The translations under genes were made by a program, and so were the position numbers. A stretch of DNA of 64,000 nt from Eledone cirrhosa (taxonomy: Eukaryota), in NCBI GenBank assembly GCA_964016885.1, contig CAXHJY010000301.1:124001-188000 (forward strand). The letters run 5' to 3'. Positions 13,736-25,922 of this stretch are shown here, piece after piece. Numbering within the stretch: the stretch's first letter is position 1; each line of letters opens with the position of its first letter. The notes below the pieces were generated by a model. It was not told the origin of the DNA. It saw nothing but the letters and a program-made list of their open reading frames with translations, and ran no database searches.

Positions 13736-13779
13736 CCAATCTTGCATGGATTAGCCAGGTTGTCCATGTTATGATACAA

Positions 13780-14625
13780 GCAGTTAGTCGTGCTCTAACG
13801 GAACTGTATTTTGGCTGGGTTTTTTATTGTTTACAGTGTGGAACTGGGTGGTCCCATTATGAGACAAGCCAGACTAATTGGCCATGCTATACCCTGATCA
13901 TAGCAGAATTGTATTTTGGGAGCTGTGTTGAGGCCTGGCCAGGTGTCTACACCATACTTCGTTCATAGCGTGACCATGTTTTGGCTGGATTTTAATAGTT
14001 GTTTGATGCCCTTCCTAACACTAACCACGTTTACTGTGTAGGACTAGGTGGTCTCTCTTTATGAGGCATGTCTGGCCAGATGGCTACACCGTACCTTGTA
14101 CATATCTGACTATGTTTTGGCTGGGTTTTTACAGCTGGCGAATGCTCTTCCTAACACCAACCATGTTTACAGTGTCGAACTGGTTGACACTGTTATGAGA
14201 CATGTCTGACTAATTGGCCGTGCATACCTTGTTCATAGTGGGACCATGTTCTGGTTGGGTTTTTATGGTTGCTGGAGGCCCTTCCTAACACCAACTATAA
14301 TTAATGTGGAGCTGGGTGGTCTCATTATGAGGAGGGTCTGGTTAGTTGGCCATGCTGTATCCTACTCATAGCGGAACCGTATTTTGGGAGCTGGGTGGTC
14401 CCATTATGAAGGAGGTCTGGCCAGTTGGCCCCACCATGCCTTGCTCATAGCGTGGTGATGTTATGGCTGCTGGAAGTCCTTTGTACCGACAACCATGTTT
14501 ACAGAGTGGAACTGGGTGGTATTGTTACGAGACAAGTCTGACCAGTTGGTCGTACCGTATTTTGCTCACAGTGATGTTTTGGTTGGGTGCCCTAAGCACA
14601 AATCATACTTATGGTATGGGCTGGG
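13780..14625 (-). repeat. Degenerate tandem array (~130-bp period, with partial units) of RTE 3'-UTR-like sequence
   Basis: Recurrent TTACAGTGTGGAACTGGGTGGTCCCATTATGAGACAAG...CATAGC...TTTTGGCTGG...CCCTTCCTAACACCAACC blocks. Confidence 0.7.
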
Positions 14626-15523
14626 CTGGGTTTATATACATATATACAATATCATCATCATCATCATCATCATCAACGTTTAACGTCCGTGTTCCACGCT
14701 TGGTTATATATATGTATGTGTGTGTGAGTATATATATGTATATCATCATCATCATCATCATCATCATTGTTGTTTTAACATCTGCTTTCCCTGCTAGCAG
14801 GATATCTGTAAATAAAAGGTCCAGAAAAACAATACTCAATTTATTGCAAGAGAGCTTATTTAATATAATTAAAATTTCTTACACTTAACATGTATACATA
14901 TACAATTTAAGTGTATAACATTTTAAATATACTGTAAATGTGGTTGGCATTAGGAAGGGCATCCAGCTGGAGAAACCAAGCCAAAATCAATTCTGTGTCA
15001 GCGAATTCATGGTCCCCCCAACCTAATCCCTCACAAAGAGACAGCCCGTCCTACGATGCTAGGAAGATGGATGTTAAACAATGATGATGATGATGATGAT
15101 GATGATATATATAAGGAAAATGTTTAAGAAAAGGGTTTGAAAAGTACACCTGGTATATATATAAAAAGGACCTTTATAACATGTATAAAAAATTGTTGTT
15201 AGCAAAGCCTGCTGTTTCCATTTTGGATCAACAAAACATTTGTTATTAGATTAAATAGTTTTTTTCTTAAAACTCCTGCATGCTGATTTTTGACCACATT
15301 TTTTATGAACTAATTTTTTTTTGTTGTGTACTGTAAATTTGCAGGTATATATAACAACCACTTCAACTCTTTATTATTATTTTTCCTATATATTGTAATG
15401 TGCAGAATTCTTTAATTTTACACCTGGAAAACAAATAGTACATACACATACTGTAATTTAATTAATCTATATCTCAATCAGCAAGCAAAATATCTAAAAT
15501 TGATTTTTTTGTTTCATTTCCAG

Positions 15524-15634
15524 ATATGGCAGTGTGGTGGTGAAATGGTAGATGCTCCTTGTTCCAGAGTGGGTCATGTATATAGAAAGTTTGCCCCCTT
15601 TCCTAACCCTGGAGTTGGGGATTTTGTTGGAAGG
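15524..15634 (+). CDS. GALNT10: GALNT10-like exon
   Basis: tttccAG acceptor, GTAAGT donor. [37 protein letters not shown] (WxCGG, PCSRVGH). 111 bp, phase 0/0. Confidence 0.96.
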
Positions 15635-15699
15635 GTAAGTGTAAAAACCTTTTTTTTTTTAGCTACTGCCTCTGGAGACAACAATCTTTTCTTTTTATG

Positions 15700-16772
15700 A
15701 ATTTTAAGCTTGCTGTGTCACTAATGCTCAAAAGAAAGTGGCCTGGAAATGCTACTATGAGAGGTTGATGAATGTAGAGAATGAGTGGAAGGAAGAGAGA
15801 CTAATCCCAACTGACTCAACAGAGGGACCAGCTATTGAAATTGACAGTTATAGGGTCAAAGAAGCAATTACGGAGTTGAAGAATGGTAAAGCTGATGGAC
15901 TGTCATAGATAGTTGCTTAGATGCTGAAATCTGGGGAAGTAGGAGCTGAGATAGTCACTTACATAATTAATCAGGTAATACATGATGGGGTCATACACAA
16001 TGACTGGCATTACAGTATACTTAATAATTGTTACAAGGTAAAAGGTGATGTTCTAGGAAGGAGCAACAACAAAGGCATAAATCTGATGGACCAAGTTATG
16101 AATGACGGAAAGAGTTTTAGCACAACTAATTTAGGAAAAGAGTCAATTTGATGAAATGCAGTTTGGTTTTGTGCCAGGAACACCACAGATGCCCTCTTCT
16201 TAGTGAAACTAAAGTTTCTAGCCAAGTGTAGGCCACTATATCTAGAGAAGGCCTTTTACAGAGTACCATGATCTGTCATCTAATGATCCTTAAGGAAACT
16301 AGTTTTAGATGAGTGGCTTGTAAGAGTAGTGCAACCCATGTATAGAAGAGCTGTCAGTGAAGGTAATGAGTTTAGAGAGGAATTCAATCTTTATGTAGGT
16401 GTTCATCATGGTTCAGTCTTCAACCCACTCTTGTTATTGTTCCCCAAGCCATAATAGAAGTTTATGACTGGCTGTCCATGGAAACTTTTGTATGCTGATG
16501 ACCTGGTTTTTATAACTGTGTCTGTGGAAGAACTAGAGAAGAAATTCTGACTTTGGAAACAGAACTTAGAATCAAAAGGGCTTAGAGTAAACTTGGGAAA
16601 AACCAAAGTTTTATTAAGTAAGAAAAAAGATATAACTCTGATCCTATCAGAGATGTGGCCTTGCTCAGTATTCAGAAAAGGTGTAGGTAGAAACTTTACA
16701 TGATGTATACAATATAACTGTTAGGTATAGAAGAGGTGTAGTGGGATAGCAGGCAGACTAACAGGAAAGGTA
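15700..16772 (+). mobile_element. Old RTE/BovB-like LINE fragment (RT region), interrupted by a mariner and apparently resuming after 17682
   Basis: KKVAWKCYYERL, EMQFGF, LLYADD remnants with many stops. Confidence 0.85.
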
Positions 16773-17682
16773 TATGAGGGTCGGCTGAATAGTTCATAGG
16801 CTGACCAAGATATACTCATAGAATATGATCAAATTAGGTTTATTTTTCAACAGCCCACCTAACAGTCCACACACTTCTTCCATCAGTGTTGCAGTGTTTG
16901 GATCCCATTGGTGAAGAAGCTTTCATCCTGTTGGTAAAAAAAGTCATCACCAGCAGATACGTCATCATTACTGTAATACTTCTTCCCAGCCAAGTGTTTG
17001 GTGTTTGTCATGTTGGGAACAGATGATAGTCGGGGCCAAATCAGAAGAATAAAATATCTGCCTCAAACAATGTCAGATTTTCCCTTGATGTGATCAGCCT
17101 GGTACGTTTTTGATCTGGTGGCTGAAGACATGGCTCCTACCAAGCAGAAATCTTCATCATGCGAAGTTCATTGTGCAGAATATCCTCAACTCTTTCATGG
17201 GATACGCTAATAGCATTGGCTATTTGATTTATAGTCAATCGTCCATCATCCATCACCATGTGGTGAACACGATCAATGTTTTCCTTGCGTCATCTTCAAG
17301 ACTCTCTCTTCCTCTCCAAAATTCAGCTGCCCACTTTTGTTCTGTTGAAAAAGTTGGAGTGTCATCATCATCATCATCATCATCATCATCGTTTAACGTC
17401 CATCTTCCACGCTTGCATGGGTTGTCATCCGTTAATATAGCAACCATGTCAGTATGAATGTTCTTGAGGGTAAACCTTTTTTCTGCAGGATAGAACCACG
17501 AGGCCAAATTTTGTGCACTTTTAAGAGAAGTCACTACTAGTTACTTTTGAAGTCTTCTTTGAACAGTCAGGTGTCGGTTTACCTGGAAGGAAACATTGCT
17601 GTTATTTAAGAAGAGTTGAAATTATTGCTTGTAAGATTTCACAGCTCTAGCATCACTCCTTCATAGTCAATCCACTCCCGTA
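16773..17682 (-). mobile_element. Tc1/mariner (mariner-type) DNA transposon relic, internally deleted
   Basis: TA-TGAGGGTCGGCTGAA terminus and TA at both ends. Minus strand gives KNIHTDMVAIL...QKWAAEF..GRESLEDDAR...ILHNELRM and the C-terminal DYHLF...FFTNGI...WKKCV remnants. Confidence 0.82.
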
Positions 17683-19421
17683 TGTTTCAGATCTAGTGAA
17701 AGAAACCTCAATCATCAACAGCAAATACCAAAGACCCTAAATAATTACCACACATGAGCATAATTACATCAGAAAATAATTTTAGATTTTTTTAGTGATT
17801 ATACTTTTGGGATATGCAGTAATGATGTCTGGAAGGACATCCAGCCATAGAACGCTTGCCAAACAAAGGGATGGGAGGATCCTCCAGTTGTGCCAAAGAC
17901 ATAACAACTTCTCCTGTGCACTCAGTAGATCGTGAGACTGTATGTGAGTGAAATAATAGACCTTTAGCCTGTCAGGGAGGTCAGTAGCCTTACTTCAGTA
18001 CTGACTTGGTCTTTGTAGACCCATCCAACCCTTGCTAGCAGAGAAAGTGAACATTAAAATGATGATGATAATAACAAGTGTGAAATATGCAGTAATGATG
18101 TCTGTAACTATTTGTAAACTGGTTCTGAGATAAAATAAAAAAAACAGATAGTCCTTTAAAACAAATACAGAAATGAACCACAAAACATAAAAAAATCTAA
18201 TATACTGTATAGTCTGCCTCACATGTAAAGAGGATTTTACTGGTCAGACCAGTAACTGTTTGTATGAACAAGTCAGAGTACAAAAACAACAAACACAAAA
18301 ACTGGAACTGAGGATAATCCCACCAATTACAAATTTAGAAATTTACAGAAACATCAAATATAAAATATTCCTTTTTTATATATATATATGTTTAAGAAAT
18401 GATCCAAAGTACCAACTAGAAATGGAAAAATATTATTTAAAGAAATTAATTCTGTAACTAAACCATAATAACTCTACTTAAATAGATGAGAAAATACACA
18501 TAGGGAACTTCTTATTTGACAACCCTTTTAATAACAACTAATTTTATATCTTGATAAATCTCATGAAAGCCTAAAGTGCTAGATTCAAAGTGTGAACAAT
18601 GTTTTATTGTTATGCTAGCAGAGTAGACTATTGTCGCTAGGTAACTTTTACTGTAGAATGCCTTTCTTTCAATTTTTCTTTATTCTATATCAGACAATGT
18701 CTCCCCCGTACTTCATCTTCCATGACTTATTTCCCATAGCTCATTCCCATGAATTGTCAATTGTTCCCAAGGTGGTTTCTATGGGGATTTACTCAGTGGA
18801 GCTGTATGTTGAAGTGGTGTCAGTGGCTTGTTGTGTTCTTCACATAAATATTGGGTGACCTCTGTGAGGACAATTCTCTACTTCATAACAAAACAATACC
18901 CCCTGTTGATGGTATGGCTGGAATAAAGTTGAAGCAACACACAAGATGGTCAATAAAAGTCAGACTACTTAAATTGTCACAGTAACAGTGATTTACAGTA
19001 TATTTTATATTTTTTGTTTTTCTTTTATTCTTTTTGTAATCAAGAAACTCCATACATCCCAAAACCTTCTTGGGGAATACAGATTTCGAAAATCAAGTCA
19101 GTTTTTCTCTAGGTCACACTGTTTTTGAACCTTTCAATGACATACACACATACACTCTCAAATATATAGTAGATAAACTGTTTTATTACTTCTGACAATT
19201 ATACTTTATTAATGAATTATTTTGTACACTACCAAAGACATACTTATAAACCACTTTTCTCTGTGACCCCTCGCTATTTTCCTCTTTACCTCTCTGTCTC
19301 AAACAATGTCAATGAGATTATCTGTAGTAAGGTTGCTGCTATCAATAGCTATTGATCTATGTATCTCTCTATCTTCAGATAATAAAAAGAACATCTATCT
19401 ACCTATTTAACTATCTATCTG

Positions 19422-19452
<31 letters not shown>

Positions 19453-20744
19453 GTAATGGGCCTTCTCTCTATATCAGCCTGTAGATTGAGGAAAAGGAGG
19501 AGGAGAGGAAAGGAGTACAAGCTCTTCGTACTCCTGGAGATGAGGGTTGCACATTTTTTTCGGGGGTATGTGTTACCCATATAAACTGTCTCCCTCTATT
19601 GGGGAAAATCGACTAACTTTTAAATTCCATCTGTGATAACATTTTACACGTTTTTATTGTATGTAAACTTCCCCCTTTGTATTTGTCCCCTTCTTTTGTG
19701 CCCCTGTGGCTAATAAAGAAATATATCTATCTATCTATCTGTAAGTTTGTCTAGCTACCTGTCTGTCTATCTGTATACCTGTCGATTTATGAATGTCTTT
19801 TTACCAACCTATCTATCTATCTGTCTGTTTGTCCATTCGCTTTTTGCAGTTTTATTTTATTCAGAGCAACTAGCCTCCTAATAGGCTGCCTTCCCCATGA
19901 CTTATGGAGTCCATATCTACCCCATGCTGTTTCATTTATTGGAGGGATTGCCTTCCTTGTCACTTACAAGTTTGCGATCACCCCAGATCATACACAAGAG
20001 TACATATTTATACTCTAATTGCTCAATTCTGATATATACCCATTTCAACTCACAGACTGTTATAGTATAATCATAGATGGTTAAATTTCCAAAGCACCAA
20101 GTGTGCGTGAGTGGAGTGGCTGTAAATTAGTTGGATAGGTTTATAATATGATTGTGATAAGTGGTTGTTGGTGGACATGAAGAGGAGGACAGACTTGAAC
20201 AGGGAGGCTGTGGAAAGGGAGGCTGGCCTGGTGTGATATGACATTGGTCAATATGCAGATAGTGTTGAGATGGCAACAGATATTTTTCAAATATATGTGA
20301 ATGACTATTTTCTTTTAGTTAGAATAAAGAAATATATGCCTTAGATATTGTTATTGATGTTACTTAAAATTAAAAGGAGTTTTAATATATTTTAATCTTT
20401 AGCATGTTGAATTTTTTTAGTGAATTGCTTCCCTTGACACGGCATTATGTATTAAGGGGAGATACTCTCATGTCGCAATTTGTCACCGACATCGTGCTGA
20501 AGATTAATTAACTACCGACATGAGCACTAATAATATGCAAATTAGTACATACATTTCAGCATACTATTATAAATGATAGGATATATAAACACTTTGATTA
20601 CGTATTTCCTTGTGGTTGTTTTGATGATATACATATCCTTGATGAGATCCCAATTAAGCTTGAAAACAGGTTAAAGGTTTATCACTTTTTCAATTTACAG
20701 AGAAATATGTATTTGGTATGTTTACATGTCTAAACACTTCTTTT

Positions 20745-21110
20745 TCGCTCACTTAATTCTGGAATGGTTGCGGGGTCCCTAAGTATTCCTTCCAGAGGGT
20801 CCTGTCAGACGTAACCGTCTCCAGTTGGTCTGACTGGATCTCCAAGCAAGACCAGCTGAGCTCATGGATGTTATCCAACCATCTTGCTCAGAGTCTACCC
20901 CTGGATCTCCTGCTGGTTGATTTTGCCCATAAAATCTGTCCAGTGATTCTTTACTGAGACATTTTAACCAGTTTTTACCTGCATCGACTCTCTAATCTCC
21001 AAGCTACGCACTCTATCAAGTAACATTAGTCCGCAGACCCTTCCAAGGAACCCTATTTCAGTGACATGTATTCACAATTGTATTCTTTCAGTCATTACCC
21101 AAGATCCATG
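20745..21110 (-). mobile_element. RTE-clade LINE 3' fragment (same family as 9965-10660)
   Basis: Alignable by eye with 9990-10405. Confidence 0.7.
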
Positions 21111-21222
21111 ATATATAAATTCATATACTCATTTACACAGTCTTGATTACTTCTATTCTGTATATATACAGATATAACTTTATCATTTACATACACTCTC
21201 ACATACATATATATTTATATAT

Positions 21223-21444
21223 ATATTTATTAAAATAACAGATTAAAGTTTAAGCAAAGAATCGCTGCTTTCACCCTTAACGGGATCTTCTGAATATCCC
21301 GTTAAGGGTGAAAGCAGCGATTCTTTGCTTAAACTTTAATCTGTTATTTTAATAAATATTTGCTCTACGGTTCTTATATATTTGATATATATCTATCCTT
21401 ATCGAGCCCTCTTTGGATTTTAGTCTTCAAATTTATTATTATTA

Positions 21445-21448
<4 letters not shown>
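21223..21448 (+). mobile_element. Miniature Penelope-like hairpin insertion (family 5 pLTR only)
   Basis: Perfect 64-bp arms 21223-21286/21296-21359, identical to the end of the PLE at 36945-37015, plus a ~90-bp tail whose end matches 39521-39553; (TA)n flanks. Confidence 0.85.
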
Positions 21449-21492
<44 letters not shown>

Positions 21493-21529
21493 TTTTTCAC
21501 TCATAATTTTCCCTTTGTTTCCTCTACAG

Positions 21530-21751
21530 AACTATCGAAGGGTCGCTGAAGTTTGGATGGATGAATTTAAAGAATATATTTATCTACGAAGACCTCATTA
21601 TAGGGATATTAACCCTGGTGACATTAGCGCTCAACTTGAAATAAAGCATAGACTACACTGCAAGTCCTTTAGCTGGTTTATGAAAGAGGTTGCATTTGAT
21701 TTACCAAAATTCTATCCACCAGTTGAACCACCGAATATTGCTGATGGTGAG
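21530..21751 (+). CDS. GALNT10: GALNT10-like exon (end of catalytic domain and linker)
   Basis: Polypyrimidine tract plus ctacAG, GTGTGT donor. [24 protein letters not shown]...[31 protein letters not shown]; [12 protein letters not shown] is characteristic of GALNT10. 222 bp. Confidence 0.96.
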
Positions 21752-22342
21752 GTGTGTATATCTGTATATATTGTATATATATTGTGTTTGGTTTATTGTT
21801 TAAATATGAATATATATGTGTGTGAGTATGAATATATATATATAATAAGGAGTTGACGGACCCAGCATATTTATCAATGCCAGGACCGGTTGTATCTCAG
21901 CGCACTCAATAGGCAATGTAAGATACATTCCCAGAGTATACACATAGTTATTCGCTTCAATACAACACACGTAAAACGGGTGCCTATAATGGTTCCTGGA
22001 CTATATATATATTCTTTTTCTCTCATAACCCAACCCAACATCAAAATAAAAGTAAATGAATAAAACAAACCAAGACCCATCACATGAAATACATTTACTC
22101 AGCTACAAAAACACATTTAACATAATTTATTAATCATCTAAAACTAACTCTTAAACATTGTATCATACCCATACCAACAAACTAAACGTTGCATAATTGG
22201 GAGTTTGTGAGTGTATTTAAAAGAAAACCAAAAGCTTGAAGGGATTTAAAGCATTTTTACACACGGCCATGCAAGAATGGTGATGATGACACACTCATAC
22301 ACACACACACTTGTACATATATATCTATCTCTTTCTTCCCAG

Positions 22343-22450
22343 ATCCGCAACAAAGCCAGCAATCTATGTCTTGATACTCGGTTCCGTGGACCGAATGAGC
22401 GTTTTCAAGTTGAAGCATGTATTAAGGATGGGCAAGCCCAAGGAGAACAG
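22343..22450 (+). CDS. GALNT10: GALNT10-like exon (start of ricin-B lectin domain)
   Basis: cttcccAG acceptor, GTACAG donor. IRNKASNLCLDTRFRGPNERFQVEACIKDGQAQGEQ (lectin alpha repeat CLD). 108 bp. No further exon was recognised in the window. Confidence 0.92.
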
Positions 22451-22537
22451 GTACAGCATATTCTTTTAATCAAGAATTTGGATGGATTTAGTAATATAAC
22501 TAACTTTCTTGATAAATATTCACATATATATATATAT

Positions 22538-22883
22538 ATCATCATCATCATCATCATTTCATTTTACGTCCGCTTTTTCCCTGCTTGCAAGGGTGGGACG
22601 GGAACTGATTCTGGCTTGATTTCTACAGCTGGATGCCCTTCCTAACACCAACCTCATTTACAGTGAGTGCTGGGTGCTTTTTTGCCGTGGCACCTCCACG
22701 ACCACTTTGCAGTGGAATGATAGGGACCCCAGTCCTTATCATCTCATTTCTACAGCTGAGTAAACTGGAGCAATGTGAAATAAAGTGTCTTGCTCAAGGA
22801 AACAACACATCACCCGGTCTGAGAATTGAACTCACAACCTTTCGATTGCAAGGTCAATGCTCTAACCACTAAGCCATGTGCCT

Positions 22884-22887
<4 letters not shown>
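22538..22887 (-). mobile_element. tRNA-derived SINE
   Basis: Reverse complement of the 2239-2578 SINE. Confidence 0.88.
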
Positions 22888-22933
<46 letters not shown>

Positions 22934-23384
22934 GGAATATAGAAAAGTGACACACGAGTTGATATATATGAACAAATAGTAAAAAGGAAAAAGTTCAGTA
23001 GAAACTACACCTGATGTACCCCTTCCATACACATGCACACATGTGTATATCATGACTCATGCACTGTTTATTTTCCTGACGTTTGTACATTACCCTATGT
23101 ACTATACATACACTTTTTGATGAGTTGTAGTGCACCTGAGCACTGTACACAATATTTCATTATTATTATTATAAAATGCTGGAGGGATTTTTTTCAGTAT
23201 AAACATTTATTTGTAAAGTGGGTATTTCTGCATTTAATTGCGGTACCAGTTTTAGCATTATGGAAATACCCACTTTACAAATAAATGTTTTGATATTATG
23301 CTGAAAAAATCCCTCCAATATTTTCTACTGAATTTTTTCCTTTTTACTATTTGTTTATATATATATATATATACATATATATGT

Positions 23385-24325
23385 TTATAACTTTGAATAA
23401 CTTTGAAATGTTTTGGCCAGTATTAGCCCAGGCCATGTCTAACTTAATAGCACCACCTGGCGAAGTCTTTCATTTCAGGATTTGGGCACCATGGCCCATT
23501 CGAGAAGGGAATTACTGTTTGCGGAGACATATCCGGGTGTGGGTGGTTTGTCCGGGATTACTTGGAGGAATTTGTCCAAAGACTTCTTGAATTTTGTGTG
23601 GTCAGTTTCTGTTTTGATGTGTCCTGGTGTGATGTTGAAGAGAGCAGGGCCGATTGAGGTGAAATAATTGTGCCGTAATGTTGTTATGAGTTGCGATTTA
23701 GATTTTTGTTTGGGACGGATAGCACGGGGTTCAAGCCTTGGGTGTATCTTGAAGGTGATGCCAACATCATTTGGGCAGTGCTGATGAAACATTTTCCACA
23801 TCATGCAGATAATATAACGCTCATGGCGACGTTGGAGTGAGTAAAGTTTCAGCTTTTCTAGTCGACCCCAGTAGTCAAGGTCTGACATGCCATCTATCTT
23901 TTTCGTGATTGCCCTTTGGGGAGCTTCAAGTTTCATGATACTTTGTTTCATGTGGGGAGACCACAGTGGACAACAGTATTCAAGGTGTGGTCGGGCAAAA
24001 GTGGAGAAGAGAAAGATAATGGTGTGGGAATCTCTCGACTGGAAGGTTCTGAGGATCCAGGAACACATTCTGCGGGCCATGTCAACTTTGCTGCTTATAT
24101 GCGTGGCCCAGCTTATGTTGCTGTCCACAGTTACTCCCAAGTCTCTGATGTTGTTAGATGCCGCGAGAGTTTCACCGGAGAGTACGGGAGTTTCAGAGCA
24201 TCCTCTTTTCCAAAGTGGATCAGTTCGAATTTGTCTTCGTTCACATGTTCTTTTCCGCACATTGGGTAACAGCCAGTAGGGCTGACTGAAGGCTTATCCG
24301 GTCATCCACGCCATTGATGACCTTA
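23385..24325 (-). mobile_element. CR1/L2-group LINE 3' fragment
   Basis: ORF 23475-24260: RDLGVTVDS, RPHLEYCCPLWSP, LEAPQR, RLEKLKLYSLQRRHER, SNSL. Short TTCAAAGTTA repeat at the 3' end. Confidence 0.85.
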
Positions 24326-24408
24326 TATATATATATATACATATATATACATATATATATACATACATATATATATACATACATATATATATACATATAT
24401 AAATATAC

Positions 24409-24471
<63 letters not shown>

Positions 24472-24640
24472 CATATATATATATACATATATATGTATAT
24501 ACATATATACATATATATGTCTATATGTATATACATATATATGTATATATATATATATATGTATATATATATACATATATACATATATAAATATATATAT
24601 ATATACATATATACATATATAAATATATATGTATATATAA
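24325..24640. repeat. (TA)n/(TACA) microsatellite
   Basis: Direct inspection. Confidence 0.95.
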
Positions 24641-25798
24641 ATGGAGAAGAAATTCCAAACTTGGAAGCAGGGACTAGAAAGAAAGGATCTCAAAGTCAAC
24701 ATGACAAAGACTAAGGTCCTTGTAAGTAGATGAGAAAACAGAACCCAGATCCCCTCAGGGAAATGGCCTTGCTCAGTATGTAGGAAAGGTGTAGGTAGGA
24801 ACTCCATTCTCTGCCCCAAATGCAAACAATGGGTACACAAGAGATGTAGCGGGATCTCAGGAAGCTTAATTAAGAATGTAGGCTTCACATGTAGCAGCTG
24901 TGCTGGGACAGCAAGCAGCAAACAGCCACAGGAAACAAGTACCACCAATCTCTGGGAGGGCTCTGTAGAAACAGTAGACAGCTTCTGCTACCAAGGTGAC
25001 CGAATTAGCAGCGGAGGTGGGTGTTCAGAAAGTACAATAACTAGGGTAAGAATGGAAGAAGTTTAGGGAACTACTACCACTGCTAGCTGCAAAAGGGTTC
25101 ACCCTCAAAATGAAAGGCAGACTGTATGATGCATGTATATGAACAGCAATGTTACATGGTAGTGAGACCTGGGCGCTGAAGGTGGAAGACTTATGTAGAT
25201 TAGAAAGAAACGAAGGCTGCATGCTCCGATGGATGTGTAATAGTAATATACGTGAACGACAAAGCATAAATGAATTGAGAGAGAGACTGAGCATAAGAGG
25301 AATCAAATGCTGTGTGCAGGAGAGGCGGTTGCATTGGTATGGACATGTGATGCGTATGAAGGATGACAGCTGCATAAAAAGGTGCAGAGCACTAGAAGTC
25401 GATGGAAACCGCGGAGTGGGGAGACCCAAGAAGACCTGGGATGAGGTGATAAAAGCCGACCTTACCCAATTACACCTCTCAAAGGCGATGACACACGACC
25501 GTGACCTCTGGCGTCACGCAGTAATACAGAGTACCTGACCTCCCATAGGTACAAGCTGAAGCATATAGACAATATGTCCCCACACCCTCCCACTGCAAAG
25601 TGGTCGTGGAGGTGCCACGGCAAAAAAGCACCCAGCCCACACTGTAAGTGAGGTTGGTGTTAGGAAAGGCGTCCAACTGTAGAAATCAAGCCAGAATCTG
25701 TTCCCATATGAGCAAGGCATGGTCAGCCGACCGGACACTACCCACAACAGCACAACCTGCCTAACCCATGCTAGCGTGGAATAACGGACATAAAACGG

Positions 25799-25830
<32 letters not shown>
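24640..25830 (+). mobile_element. RTE/BovB-like LINE 3' fragment
   Basis: Highly similar to 47935-49150; (TGA)n tail. Confidence 0.92.
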
Positions 25831-25832
<2 letters not shown>

Positions 25833-25855
25833 ATATATATATATATATACATATA

Positions 25856-25912
<57 letters not shown>

Positions 25913-25922
25913 GTATATATAT

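Noticed and set aside
18450-19175. Helitron/Helentron-like relic ending ACACTCTCAAATATATAGTAGAT
   Set aside because: Only the terminal resemblance is visible; no hairpin, subterminal repeats or second copy to support it.
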